The notes beneath the pieces are model-generated. The model was not told the DNA's origin. It made no database searches and saw only the letters and a list, made by a program, of their open reading frames with translations. Shown in pieces: positions 1 through 7,778 of a stretch of 64,000 bases of DNA. Position 1 is the stretch's first letter. Every line of letters begins with the position of its first letter. Location: positions 46,978-110,977 of the forward strand of contig CAZQXO010000001.1 in assembly GCA_964597445.1 (NCBI GenBank), read 5' to 3'. The stretch is from an uncultured Bifidobacteriaceae bacterium (GTDB taxonomy: Bacteria; Actinomycetota; Actinomycetes; S36-B12). Made by a program: the position numbers and the translations under genes.

Positions 1-1
1 C

Positions 2-487
2 ATCGCCCCGCCGCGGCTCGATCACGTGCTCGTCACGGCCGAGGAGGTGGGTGACTCGGCGCAGTTCTACATGGATGTCTTCGGCTTCCGTCTCACCGAG
101 CAACTGGTCGACGGGGCCGGGCACCAGCTGGCCGTGTGGATGGAGACATCCCACCGCCCGCACGACCTCGCGATCGTGTCAGGGCCCAACGGTGGCCTGC
201 ATCACTTCGCGTGGTGGCTCGATGACTGGGACCATGTGCGCCGATCAGCCGACATCCTCGCCTACAACGGCATCCAGATCGATGTGGGTCCGACCCGGCA
301 TGGCATCACGCGTGGGAACACGATCTACTTCTTCGATCCGCTGGGCACCCGCAACGAGGTGTTCACGGGCGGATACCGACCGGATCCGGACTTCCCGACC
401 ATCACCTGGACCGAGGACAACATCGGTCGTGCCGTCTTCTACTACGAGGGTGAAGTGAACCAGCGCTTCATGACGGTGCACACGTGA
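2..487 (+). CDS. Extradiol ring-cleavage dioxygenase (catechol 2,3-dioxygenase type), C-terminal part; 5' end outside window
   Basis: The frame is open from nt 2 (IAPPRLDHVLVTAEEV...) to TGA 485-487, and ORF-track 26..487 is its in-frame remainder. VOC/extradiol motifs present: GLHHFAWW, GPTRHGITRGNTIYFFDP, NQRFMTVH. It aligns by eye along its whole length with residues ~150-303 of the next ORF. Confidence 0.85.
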   Translation: MAPPRLDHVLVTAEEVGDSAQFYMDVFGFRLTEQLVDGAGHQLAVWMETSHRPHDLAIVSGPNGGLHHFAWWLDDWDHVRRSADILAYNGIQIDVGPTRHGITRGNTIYFFDPLGTRNEVFTGGYRPDPDFPTITWTEDNIGRAVFYYEGEVNQRFMTVHT

Positions 488-1395
488 GCATCCTGCGACT
501 GTCCCATGTCGAGATCCGGGTTCCGGACCTCGAGCTCGCCACGGCCTACTACACCGAGGTCGTCGGAATGTACGAGACCGCACGCGAGCCTGATCGCGTC
601 TTCCTGAAGTGCTGGGACGAGCACCAGCATCACTCCCTCATCCTGACCTTCGCGCCGACCTACGGGCTGAACCACATGGGCTGGAAGGTGTCGGAGGCCT
701 CGGACCTCGATCACTACGCCGAGCGCCTCCGGGCGACGGGCGTCGACGTCGTGCGGTTCGCAGCGGGGGAGATCGGTCCGGGCCACGGAGAGGCGATTCG
801 CTTCACCATGCCGAGCGGGCATGTCATGGAGCTCGTCCACGGGATGGAGCAGGTCGGGAACCTGCTGCCGAACACCAATCCTCCGCCGAAGCCGCTCGGT
901 CTCGTGGGATTCGCTCCACCGCGTCTCGACCACATTTTCCTCACGTGTGAGGACGTTGCGGGGAACACGCGCTTTCTGACCGATGTCCTCGACTTCCACC
1001 TCACTGAGCAGGTCCTCGGCGACGATGGCTTCCAGATGGCGACGTGGCTGGAGCACTCCCATCACAGCCACGACATCGCGCTCGTCACCGGTCAGGATCG
1101 AGGGCTTCACCACTTCGCCTGGTGGGTCGACGACTGGAACCAGATCCGCGAGGTGGCCGATGTCCTGGCCTACCACGGCGTCCGCATCGAGACGAACCCC
1201 ACGCGGCACGGCGCGACCCGCGGGCACTGCATCTACTTCTTCGATCCGGCGGGCAACCGCAATGAGGCCTTCACGGGCGGGTACTGGGTCGATCCCGAGG
1301 AGCCACCCGTGACCTGGACGGAGGCCGAGATGGGGCGGGCGATCTTCTACTACGACGGCGTCGTGAACCAGCGGTTCCTGACGGTCCACAGCTGA
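484..1395 (+). CDS. Catechol 2,3-dioxygenase-like extradiol dioxygenase (two-domain VOC protein)
   Basis: 303-aa ORF with two VOC halves (LSHVEIRV...HMGWKV and LDHIFLT...LHHFAWW). The C-terminus GATRGHCIYFFDPAGNRNE...NQRFLTVHS is typical of catechol 2,3-dioxygenases. The GTG start overlaps the upstream stop (GTGA 484-487). Confidence 0.88.
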   Translation: MSILRLSHVEIRVPDLELATAYYTEVVGMYETAREPDRVFLKCWDEHQHHSLILTFAPTYGLNHMGWKVSEASDLDHYAERLRATGVDVVRFAAGEIGPGHGEAIRFTMPSGHVMELVHGMEQVGNLLPNTNPPPKPLGLVGFAPPRLDHIFLTCEDVAGNTRFLTDVLDFHLTEQVLGDDGFQMATWLEHSHHSHDIALVTGQDRGLHHFAWWVDDWNQIREVADVLAYHGVRIETNPTRHGATRGHCIYFFDPAGNRNEAFTGGYWVDPEEPPVTWTEAEMGRAIFYYDGVVNQRFLTVHS

Positions 1396-1403
1396 CGGAG
1401 GCG

Positions 1404-2522
1404 ATGATGACCACATCCGAGCTCCAGCCGCCACCGGCCCTGCCGCGCACCGAGCGACCTGATGCACCGGCCTACCTGCAGCGCTACCTCGATCGCGAGG
1501 GCCGCGGTGGCAAGCCGCATGAGGTGGTGGATCGGGGAGGCGATGGCGAGACGCCGCTGTACCTGAGGCGCTTCCGGGACCGTCGCAGCGGGGCCAATCC
1601 GCTCGAGGCGCCCGTTCCGGAGTGGGAGGGCGTCGATCTGGGCGTGACGCAGGCCCGTGCGCGCATCACGAAGACCAAGGAGATCGTGCCGGAGGACGCC
1701 GTCGCGGCAGGACCCTCCACGGTCACGCAGGTGCACATCATCCGTCACGGTGAGACGCAGGGGTACTCGACCGAGAGCGGACTCACCCCGCTGGGCAGCT
1801 GGCAGGCGCATCGTCGTGGGTTCGACATCAGCAAGGGTGTCCGGGAGGGCGAGCGGATCCGCATCGTGTGCGCGGAGACGAACCGGGCACGGCAGACCGC
1901 CGAGCACATCCGTCGCGGCCTGCTTGACGGGCTGACGATGTGGGGGCGCACGGCGGAGGTCTCCGAGATCGATGGCATGGAGGAGTTCCGGAACTTCCAG
2001 GTCTGGACTCCGGAGGGTCTGCGCGACGTCACAGGCGCCTTCCGGCTCTATCAGAAGGAGATGGAGAAGTACGAGCGAGTCGCCCACGGCGATCGCCCCC
2101 TGTGGCTCGTCGAGGTGGATCGGTTCTGGCGGACGCAGCAGGGCGGTGGGGATCCCATCACCTACTGGACGCAGATCCCGATGCTGTGCTTCGAGCCTCC
2201 GTCCGCAACCGTGCGTCGATTCTGGGCTGGGATCCGACGCATCCGCGAGGAGCATCCGGGTGACCGCATCATCGTGGCCACTCACTCAGGCCCGATCCGC
2301 GTGTTCGCCATGGCGGCTCACGGTTATGACCCGGGCGAGCCGTACAACACTGAAGAGGTCATCGTGAAGCTGCTGTCTGGAGACTCCGGGGCCTTCCTGG
2401 CCTACCGCAATCGGGTGTCCGAGGTTCAGGTGCCCACTCTCGACGAGCTTCCTGACTGGTGGGAGGGGCTCTCGGGAGAGGCGCTGCCACGATCCCGGCG
2501 GGAGCAGGAGGTGGGCTCATGA
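1404..2522 (+). CDS. Histidine phosphatase (phosphoglycerate-mutase-like) family protein with ~110-aa N-terminal extension
   Basis: 372-aa ORF with GGAGG just upstream of ATGATG. It has the catalytic RHG motif (VHIIRHGETQGY) and a distal His (VATHSGPIRVF). The first ~110 aa carry no motif I recognise. TGA 2520-2522 overlaps the next ATG. Confidence 0.75.
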   Translation: MMTTSELQPPPALPRTERPDAPAYLQRYLDREGRGGKPHEVVDRGGDGETPLYLRRFRDRRSGANPLEAPVPEWEGVDLGVTQARARITKTKEIVPEDAVAAGPSTVTQVHIIRHGETQGYSTESGLTPLGSWQAHRRGFDISKGVREGERIRIVCAETNRARQTAEHIRRGLLDGLTMWGRTAEVSEIDGMEEFRNFQVWTPEGLRDVTGAFRLYQKEMEKYERVAHGDRPLWLVEVDRFWRTQQGGGDPITYWTQIPMLCFEPPSATVRRFWAGIRRIREEHPGDRIIVATHSGPIRVFAMAAHGYDPGEPYNTEEVIVKLLSGDSGAFLAYRNRVSEVQVPTLDELPDWWEGLSGEALPRSRREQEVGS

Positions 2523-3598
2523 GCAGTCACATCATGTGGTTCGAGGGGTACTGGGAGGGCCTCAAGCCGGAGGTGGGGGGCAAGGCCGCAAGTCTGGGCG
2601 AGATGACGGGAGCCGGCCTGCCGGTTCCGCCGGGGTTCGCCCTCACCACTGCTGCCTACCGTGCCTCGCGAGACGCCTCCGACATCGATGCCACCCTGGC
2701 CCGGCTGCTCCATGGACTCGACACGAGCGACACCGACATGGTGTCGGACCGCTGTGGACGCATCCGACGGCACATCGCTGAGATGCCCATGGACCTGGAC
2801 GTCGAGGCGGACCTACGACAGGCCTACACCGAGCTGTGTCGCCGCAGCAGCACCGCGGATGTCCCCGTCGCCGTGCGATCGTCCGCCACGAGTGAGGACT
2901 CCCCGGATGCCTCCTTCGCCGGTGAGCACGACACGTACCTCTGGGTGCGAGGTTCGGACGCCGTCGTCGACGCCGTGCGCCGGTGCTGGGCCTCGCTCTT
3001 CACGGATCGCGCCACGTGCTACCGGGTCGAGATGGGCTACGAGCACCGTTCCGTGGAGATGAGCGTGGTCATCCAGAAGATGGTCCGCCCGGTCTCCGCG
3101 GGCGTCGCCTTCACGCTGAACCCCTCGGACGGGGATCGCTCGACGATCGCCATTGACGCGGCCTGGGGCTTCGGCGAGGGCGTGGTGTCCGGTGAGGTGA
3201 CTCCCGACAACTTCCTGGTCGACAAGGTGCTCTACGAGATCAGCCGACGGCGAGTGGCCACCAAGGAGGTCGAGTTCACGCTCAACGGAGGCGACAGCGT
3301 CGTCAAGGTACCCCTGGAGGGTGCCCGTGCCACCGACGCCTCCCTCACGGATGACCAGATCAAGGCCATCGCCAGGCTCGCCCGCACGGCCGAGCGGCAC
3401 TACGGGTGCCCCCAGGACGTCGAGTGGGCCGTCGACGCGGATCTGGCGGACGGCGAGAACATCGTGCTCCTGCAGTCGCGCCCGGAGACCGTGTGGAGCA
3501 AGAAGGCAGCCGAGAGGTCCGTGGCACCGGGGGGCACCGACATGATGGCGAGCATCGTGTCGACGCTCATGAATCCGCTCAACAGTCGCAAGTCCTAG
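2519..3598 (+). CDS. PPDK_N / ATP-grasp subunit of a split PEP-synthase-like phosphotransferase (PpsB-like)
   Basis: ORF-track gives 2459..3598; I prefer ATG 2519 (MSSHIMWFEG..., ATGA overlap with the upstream stop). Signatures present: GGKAASLGEM, VAVRSSATSEDSPDASFAGEHDTYL, VVIQKMV, GVAFTLNP, GFGEGVVSG, PQDVEWAV. The protein ends after the ATP-grasp domain, with no swivel-His and no TIM barrel. Confidence 0.8.
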   Translation: MSSHIMWFEGYWEGLKPEVGGKAASLGEMTGAGLPVPPGFALTTAAYRASRDASDIDATLARLLHGLDTSDTDMVSDRCGRIRRHIAEMPMDLDVEADLRQAYTELCRRSSTADVPVAVRSSATSEDSPDASFAGEHDTYLWVRGSDAVVDAVRRCWASLFTDRATCYRVEMGYEHRSVEMSVVIQKMVRPVSAGVAFTLNPSDGDRSTIAIDAAWGFGEGVVSGEVTPDNFLVDKVLYEISRRRVATKEVEFTLNGGDSVVKVPLEGARATDASLTDDQIKAIARLARTAERHYGCPQDVEWAVDADLADGENIVLLQSRPETVWSKKAAERSVAPGGTDMMASIVSTLMNPLNSRKS

Positions 3599-3650
3599 CA
3601 GCACGACCAGTTCCGTCCATCACCCGCAGCAGTCAAGAGAGGGAGTTCGC

Positions 3651-5459
3651 ATGGCAGATCGGTTCCCCAGCCCCTTTGAGATTCCGGCGCCTGCGGGTGC
3701 CGAGGGGTGGCAGCAGCTCTACACCTACTCGTCGCTGTTCTCCGAGGGTCGCCGTGCCTACGAGGACTCCATGTTCTGGTTCCAGGACGGCGTCCACTGG
3801 CCGACGGCCCTGCGTCCGTGGGATGCCACGCTCTTCGAGTACGCAATCACATCCCTGTCGCAGTACAACACCCGGCACCTGCAGGTGCCCCCGGCCAACG
3901 GGATCGACTTCCGGATCCTGAACGGGTACGTGTACCTCACGCCGGTGCCGGCTCCCGAGGCCGACATCGAGGGTCGAGTGGCCAACTTCATGGATCGCGC
4001 CGGGTTCTACTTCATGAACTGGAACGACCTGTACGACAAGTGGATGATCAAGATCCGGGATCTCGTCAAGGAACTCGAGACCATCGACTTCGACCCGCTC
4101 CCGGAGCTGGAGGATGCCGACGACGTCGTGAAGTCCGGCGCGGGCCTGGGGTCGGGCTGGAAGATCCAGGCGGACTACCACAAGCTGCTGGACCTGGCAC
4201 TCAAGCTCTGGCAGTACCACTTCGAGTTCCTGAACCTCGGCTATGCCGCCTACCTCGACTTCTTCGGCTTCTGCAAGCAGGCCTGGCCGAACATCCCGGA
4301 CCTCGCCATCGCGAAGATGGTGGCCGGCGTGGAAGTCGATCTCTTCCGTCCGGATGAGGAGCTGAAGCGGCTCGCGCGCATGGCCGTGGACTCAGGCGTG
4401 GCCGAGGCGTTCGCCACCGGGGATGTTGAGGCGACGTGCCAGATCCTCAAGGGAAGCGATGCCGGCAATGCGTGGATCGCCTCCTTCCAGGAGTCGGCTG
4501 AGCCGTGGTTCAACTTCTCCACCGGGTCGGGCTTCTACCACTCCGACAAGATCTGGATCGAGAACGTCGAGATCCCCTTCGAGTTCATCGGCAACTACAT
4601 CACCAAGCTCCAGAAGGGCGAGGACCTCGCACGTCCGATGGCCGCCATCCACGCGGAGCGCGATCGCATCGTCAGCGAGTACGCGGAGCTCCTTCCGACC
4701 GATGCGGATCGGGAGGCATTCCAGGGGAAGCTCGGCCTGGCGCGCGTGGTGTTCCCCTATGTCGAGAACCACAACTTCTATGTGGAGCACTGGAGCCACT
4801 CGGTCATCTGGCGCAAGATGCGCCAGCTGGGGGAGCTCTTCGTCAAGGAGGGCTTCTGGAGCGAGGCGAACGACATCTTCTTCCTCAAGCGGACCGAGGT
4901 CGAGGATGCCCTGTTCGACTACTTCCACTCGTGGGCCACGCCTGCGCCGGCAGCCGGTCCGAGCTACTGGCCCCAGGAGATCGAGCGGCGTCGCGCGATC
5001 CACTCGGCCCTGTCGGGCTGGAAGCCCACGCCCGCCATGGGCGTCCCGCCGGAGGTCATCACGGAGCCCTTCACGGTCATGCTCTGGGGGATCACGACCG
5101 AGAGTGTCGGTGCCTGGCTGGGCGGCGGCGCCGGAGAGGACGGCCAGCTCAAGGGCATGTCCGCCTCGCCGGGTGTCGTCGAGGGCCCTGCCCGGGTCAT
5201 CTTCAGCCCGGATCAGATCAGCGAGGTTCAGGAGGGCGAGATCCTCGTGGCCCCGCTGACGGCCCCGTCCTGGGCGCCGATCTTCGGCAAGATCCAGGCG
5301 ACGGTGACCGACACCGGCGGCATGATGAGCCACGCGGCCATCGTCTGTCGCGAGTACGGACTGCCGGCCGTGACCGGGACGGGATTCGCCACGTCGACGA
5401 TCAAGACCGGTGACCGGATCCGGGTCGACGGCTCCAACGGCGTGGTCACGGTCCTCTAG
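3651..5459 (+). CDS. Swivel phospho-His (PEP-utilising-enzyme mobile domain) protein with ~480-aa non-TIM N-terminal domain (PpsA-like / rifampicin-phosphotransferase-like acceptor subunit)
   Basis: 602-aa ORF with a GAGAGGGAG RBS. The C-terminal ~110 aa form the mobile domain (GVVEGPARVI, EGEILVAPLTAPSW, TDTGGMMSHAAIVCREYGLPAV) and the protein ends right after it. The N-terminal start FPSPFEIPAPAGAEGWQQLY...FWFQDGVHWP matches my unverified recollection of phenylphosphate synthase alpha-type proteins. Confidence 0.8.
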   Translation: MADRFPSPFEIPAPAGAEGWQQLYTYSSLFSEGRRAYEDSMFWFQDGVHWPTALRPWDATLFEYAITSLSQYNTRHLQVPPANGIDFRILNGYVYLTPVPAPEADIEGRVANFMDRAGFYFMNWNDLYDKWMIKIRDLVKELETIDFDPLPELEDADDVVKSGAGLGSGWKIQADYHKLLDLALKLWQYHFEFLNLGYAAYLDFFGFCKQAWPNIPDLAIAKMVAGVEVDLFRPDEELKRLARMAVDSGVAEAFATGDVEATCQILKGSDAGNAWIASFQESAEPWFNFSTGSGFYHSDKIWIENVEIPFEFIGNYITKLQKGEDLARPMAAIHAERDRIVSEYAELLPTDADREAFQGKLGLARVVFPYVENHNFYVEHWSHSVIWRKMRQLGELFVKEGFWSEANDIFFLKRTEVEDALFDYFHSWATPAPAAGPSYWPQEIERRRAIHSALSGWKPTPAMGVPPEVITEPFTVMLWGITTESVGAWLGGGAGEDGQLKGMSASPGVVEGPARVIFSPDQISEVQEGEILVAPLTAPSWAPIFGKIQATVTDTGGMMSHAAIVCREYGLPAVTGTGFATSTIKTGDRIRVDGSNGVVTVL

Positions 5460-5514
5460 GGGAGCCTCTCCGTAGAGTCCGATTCGGGACCATCGTCACA
5501 ACTTCACACGCGGT

Positions 5515-5552
5515 TCCGTCGGGCGGGACGCCACCGTTGCCCGCCCGACGGA
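5515..5552 (+). terminator. GC-rich hairpin downstream of the swivel-His gene (intrinsic-terminator-like, no U tract)
   Basis: CCGTCGGGCGGG (5516-5527) pairs perfectly with CCCGCCCGACGG (5540-5551), giving a 12-nt loop. A flanking T/A pair extends the stem to 13 bp. It lies in the 138-nt gap between the stop at 5459 and the Rieske start at 5598. Confidence 0.45.
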
Positions 5553-5597
5553 GTCCGAGCACCCTTGGATTCACCACTTTCAGGGAAGGATCTGCGA

Positions 5598-6857
5598 ATG
5601 CTGACGGTCGAGCAGAACGAGGAGCTCACCCGGGTAGGTCCGGGCACGCCCATGGGGGAGCTGCTGCGCCGGTACTGGTACCCCATCGCCTTCGAGCAGG
5701 ACTTCGATACCGTCCCCACCAAGACGGTTCGACTGCTGGGCGAGAACTGGACGCTCTTCAAGACCCCGGTCTCGGGCCGCTACGGCATCGTGGCCGAGGC
5801 CTGTCCGCATCGCAGTGCATCCCTCACCTACGGGGTCGTCCATGAGGACGGAATCCGCTGCGGCTACCACGGCTGGAAGTGGGACTTCGACGGCACCTGC
5901 CTCGAGCAGCCTGCGGAGGCCGACAACCAGAACTTCCGCGACCGGGTGAGGCAGAAGGCGGGCAAGGCGCAGGCCATGGGTGGCATGGTCTGGGTGTACG
6001 TGGGCCCCGACCCGGCGCCCGAGCTGCCCCGCTTCGACGTGTTCGTCATGGACGGGATCAAGGACTGCGGGTACTCGACGCTGCCCTGCAATTGGCTCCA
6101 GATCATGGAGAACTCGGTGGATCCGCACCACGTGGAGTGGCTGCACGGCTACTACTTCGAGTTCCTTGGACAGACGCAGGGGTTCGACGCCCCCAAGGCC
6201 TTCCAGAAGAAGCACATGAGGACCGGCTTCGAGGAGATGGAGTGGGGCATCCTCAAGCGCCGCGTCCTCGAGGGGAGCACCGAGGAGAACGACGACTGGA
6301 AGATCGGCCACCCGTTGGTGTTCCCGTTCTACATGCGCGTCGGTGGCGCCGGTATCGACCAGATGCAGATCCGCGTGCCCATCGACGACACCACGACCTG
6401 GAAGCTCTTCTACTCCAACCATGCCCCGAAGGGCGGGGAGTGGGAGCCCCAGGACCGCCCGGTGTTCTACGAGTACCTCTGGAGGGATGAGCAGGGTCGC
6501 TTCATCACCGACTACATCGAGGGCCAGGACATCATGGCCTGGGTGTCGCAAGGGCCGGTGACCGACCGTACGCAGGAGCACCTCGGTCGTTCGGACGCGG
6601 GGGTGGCGATGCTGCGGAAGATGTTCAAGGAGAACATGAAGAGGGTCCAGGACGGCGAGGACCCGATCGGCACCGTCCGGGAGAAGCACGACATCATCCC
6701 CCTGCCATGTGAACGCGACAAGTTCGGCGCGGAGCGGGAGTTCGCGGCGGCCTTCATCACCATGGGTTCCATGCGCTACAGCCCCCAGAAGCAGGCACTC
6801 CTGGATCTCCACGACCAGGCGTGGGCACGTATCGAGAAGGCGGGGGCCCGTGCCTGA
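5598..6857 (+). CDS. Rieske [2Fe-2S] non-haem-iron oxygenase, alpha3 (phthalate/KshA/carbazole-type) catalytic subunit
   Basis: I moved the start to ATG 5598 (GGGAAGGA RBS ~8 nt upstream; ORF-track gives 5565). Rieske motif: CPHRSASL...CGYHGWKW. Mononuclear Fe motif: NWLQIMENSVDPHHVEWLH. No beta-subunit gene is adjacent. Confidence 0.88.
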   Translation: MLTVEQNEELTRVGPGTPMGELLRRYWYPIAFEQDFDTVPTKTVRLLGENWTLFKTPVSGRYGIVAEACPHRSASLTYGVVHEDGIRCGYHGWKWDFDGTCLEQPAEADNQNFRDRVRQKAGKAQAMGGMVWVYVGPDPAPELPRFDVFVMDGIKDCGYSTLPCNWLQIMENSVDPHHVEWLHGYYFEFLGQTQGFDAPKAFQKKHMRTGFEEMEWGILKRRVLEGSTEENDDWKIGHPLVFPFYMRVGGAGIDQMQIRVPIDDTTTWKLFYSNHAPKGGEWEPQDRPVFYEYLWRDEQGRFITDYIEGQDIMAWVSQGPVTDRTQEHLGRSDAGVAMLRKMFKENMKRVQDGEDPIGTVREKHDIIPLPCERDKFGAEREFAAAFITMGSMRYSPQKQALLDLHDQAWARIEKAGARA

Positions 6858-6858
6858 G

Positions 6859-7110
6859 GTGGGATTGCCCCCCGATCCGCATCGGCTTCCGCCCCCGGGA
6901 GCATGGTTCGCACGCGATGCCGAGCGGCACCTGCTGGATCGGCCCCGCTTCTGCCCGATGTGCGGCGAGGGGCTCGACGCCGATGGTGGCATCAGCACGG
7001 AGTACTGGTCCGGTGATGCTCGGTGCTTCATGACGTGGTGTGGCGCCTGCGGCTGGTTCGGGGAGGTCGTGCGGTTCGACATGGTCACGATCACCGAGGT
7101 GGAGCACTGA
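6859..7110 (+). CDS. Small Cys-rich protein with two CxxCG knuckles (zinc-ribbon or rubredoxin-like), family unknown
   Basis: This is the in-frame part of ORF-track 6709..7110. GTG 6859 lies 1 nt after the Rieske stop (TGA 6855-6857). The protein is 83 aa, with FCPMCGEG and WCGACGWFG about 25 residues apart and an aromatic-rich spacer. Coding status rests on position and frame only. Confidence 0.5.
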   Translation: MGLPPDPHRLPPPGAWFARDAERHLLDRPRFCPMCGEGLDADGGISTEYWSGDARCFMTWCGACGWFGEVVRFDMVTITEVEH

Positions 7111-7775
7111 GCCTGGGCGCCGGCACCGCACGTGCGGTCGTCTTCGATTTCGGTGGGCCGGTTCTGCTGACCCCGTTCGAACTCAGGCACGTGGGGGAGC
7201 GCGACCTCGGCCTCCCTGACGGAAGTCTCGCCTGGACCGGCCCCTTCGACCCGGGGTCGGACGCGGACTGGCGAGTGTTCCAGTCCGGTGGGATGACCGA
7301 GCGCGACTACTGGGCCCGCCGCGCGGAGGAGTTCCACGTGCTGACGGGGGAGCCCGCCACGATGCCCGCGCTGTGCTCCCATCTGTACTCCGGCACCGAG
7401 GAGGAACTGGTGCGCCCGGCCGCGCGGCGTCTCATGGAGGATGCCCGAGCTGCCGGGATGCCGGTGGGCGCGCTCACGAATGACCTCACGGCGTTCCACG
7501 ACCGGGAATGGATCGACAGGATGCGCATCCTCGGGGAGTTCGACGTGCTCGTCGACGGACGCACCGAAGGCGTGATGAAGCCGGATCCCGCGGCGTACCG
7601 GCTCGTGCTGGACCGGCTCGGGGTGAGGGCCGAGGACACCGTCTTCATCGACGACCAGCCCATCAATCTGAGGGGGGCGGAGGTGGTGGGGCTCACACCT
7701 GTCCACTTGGACCCCACGGACCCCGCTCCAGGGTTTAGGTTGGCCAGGACATTACTTGGACTTCCACAGGAGTGA
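7023..7775 (+). CDS. HAD-superfamily hydrolase (subfamily IA, DxGG variant; probable phosphatase)
   Basis: Motif I variant AVVFDFGGPVL, motif II ALTND, motif IV VFIDDQ. The only canonical in-frame starts (ATG 7023, GTG 7035/7038) overlap the upstream ORF by 73-88 nt, while the conserved core begins ~7134. The start is therefore uncertain; CTG 7107 or 7113 is possible. Confidence 0.72.
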   Translation: MLHDVVWRLRLVRGGRAVRHGHDHRGGALSLGAGTARAVVFDFGGPVLLTPFELRHVGERDLGLPDGSLAWTGPFDPGSDADWRVFQSGGMTERDYWARRAEEFHVLTGEPATMPALCSHLYSGTEEELVRPAARRLMEDARAAGMPVGALTNDLTAFHDREWIDRMRILGEFDVLVDGRTEGVMKPDPAAYRLVLDRLGVRAEDTVFIDDQPINLRGAEVVGLTPVHLDPTDPAPGFRLARTLLGLPQE

Positions 7776-7778
7776 ATC

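Noticed and set aside
5580-7706. 708-aa ORF on the minus strand spanning the Rieske, Cys-rich and HAD genes
   Set aside because: It is antisense to three motif-bearing plus-strand genes. It has no motifs of its own and crosses their intergenic junctions.
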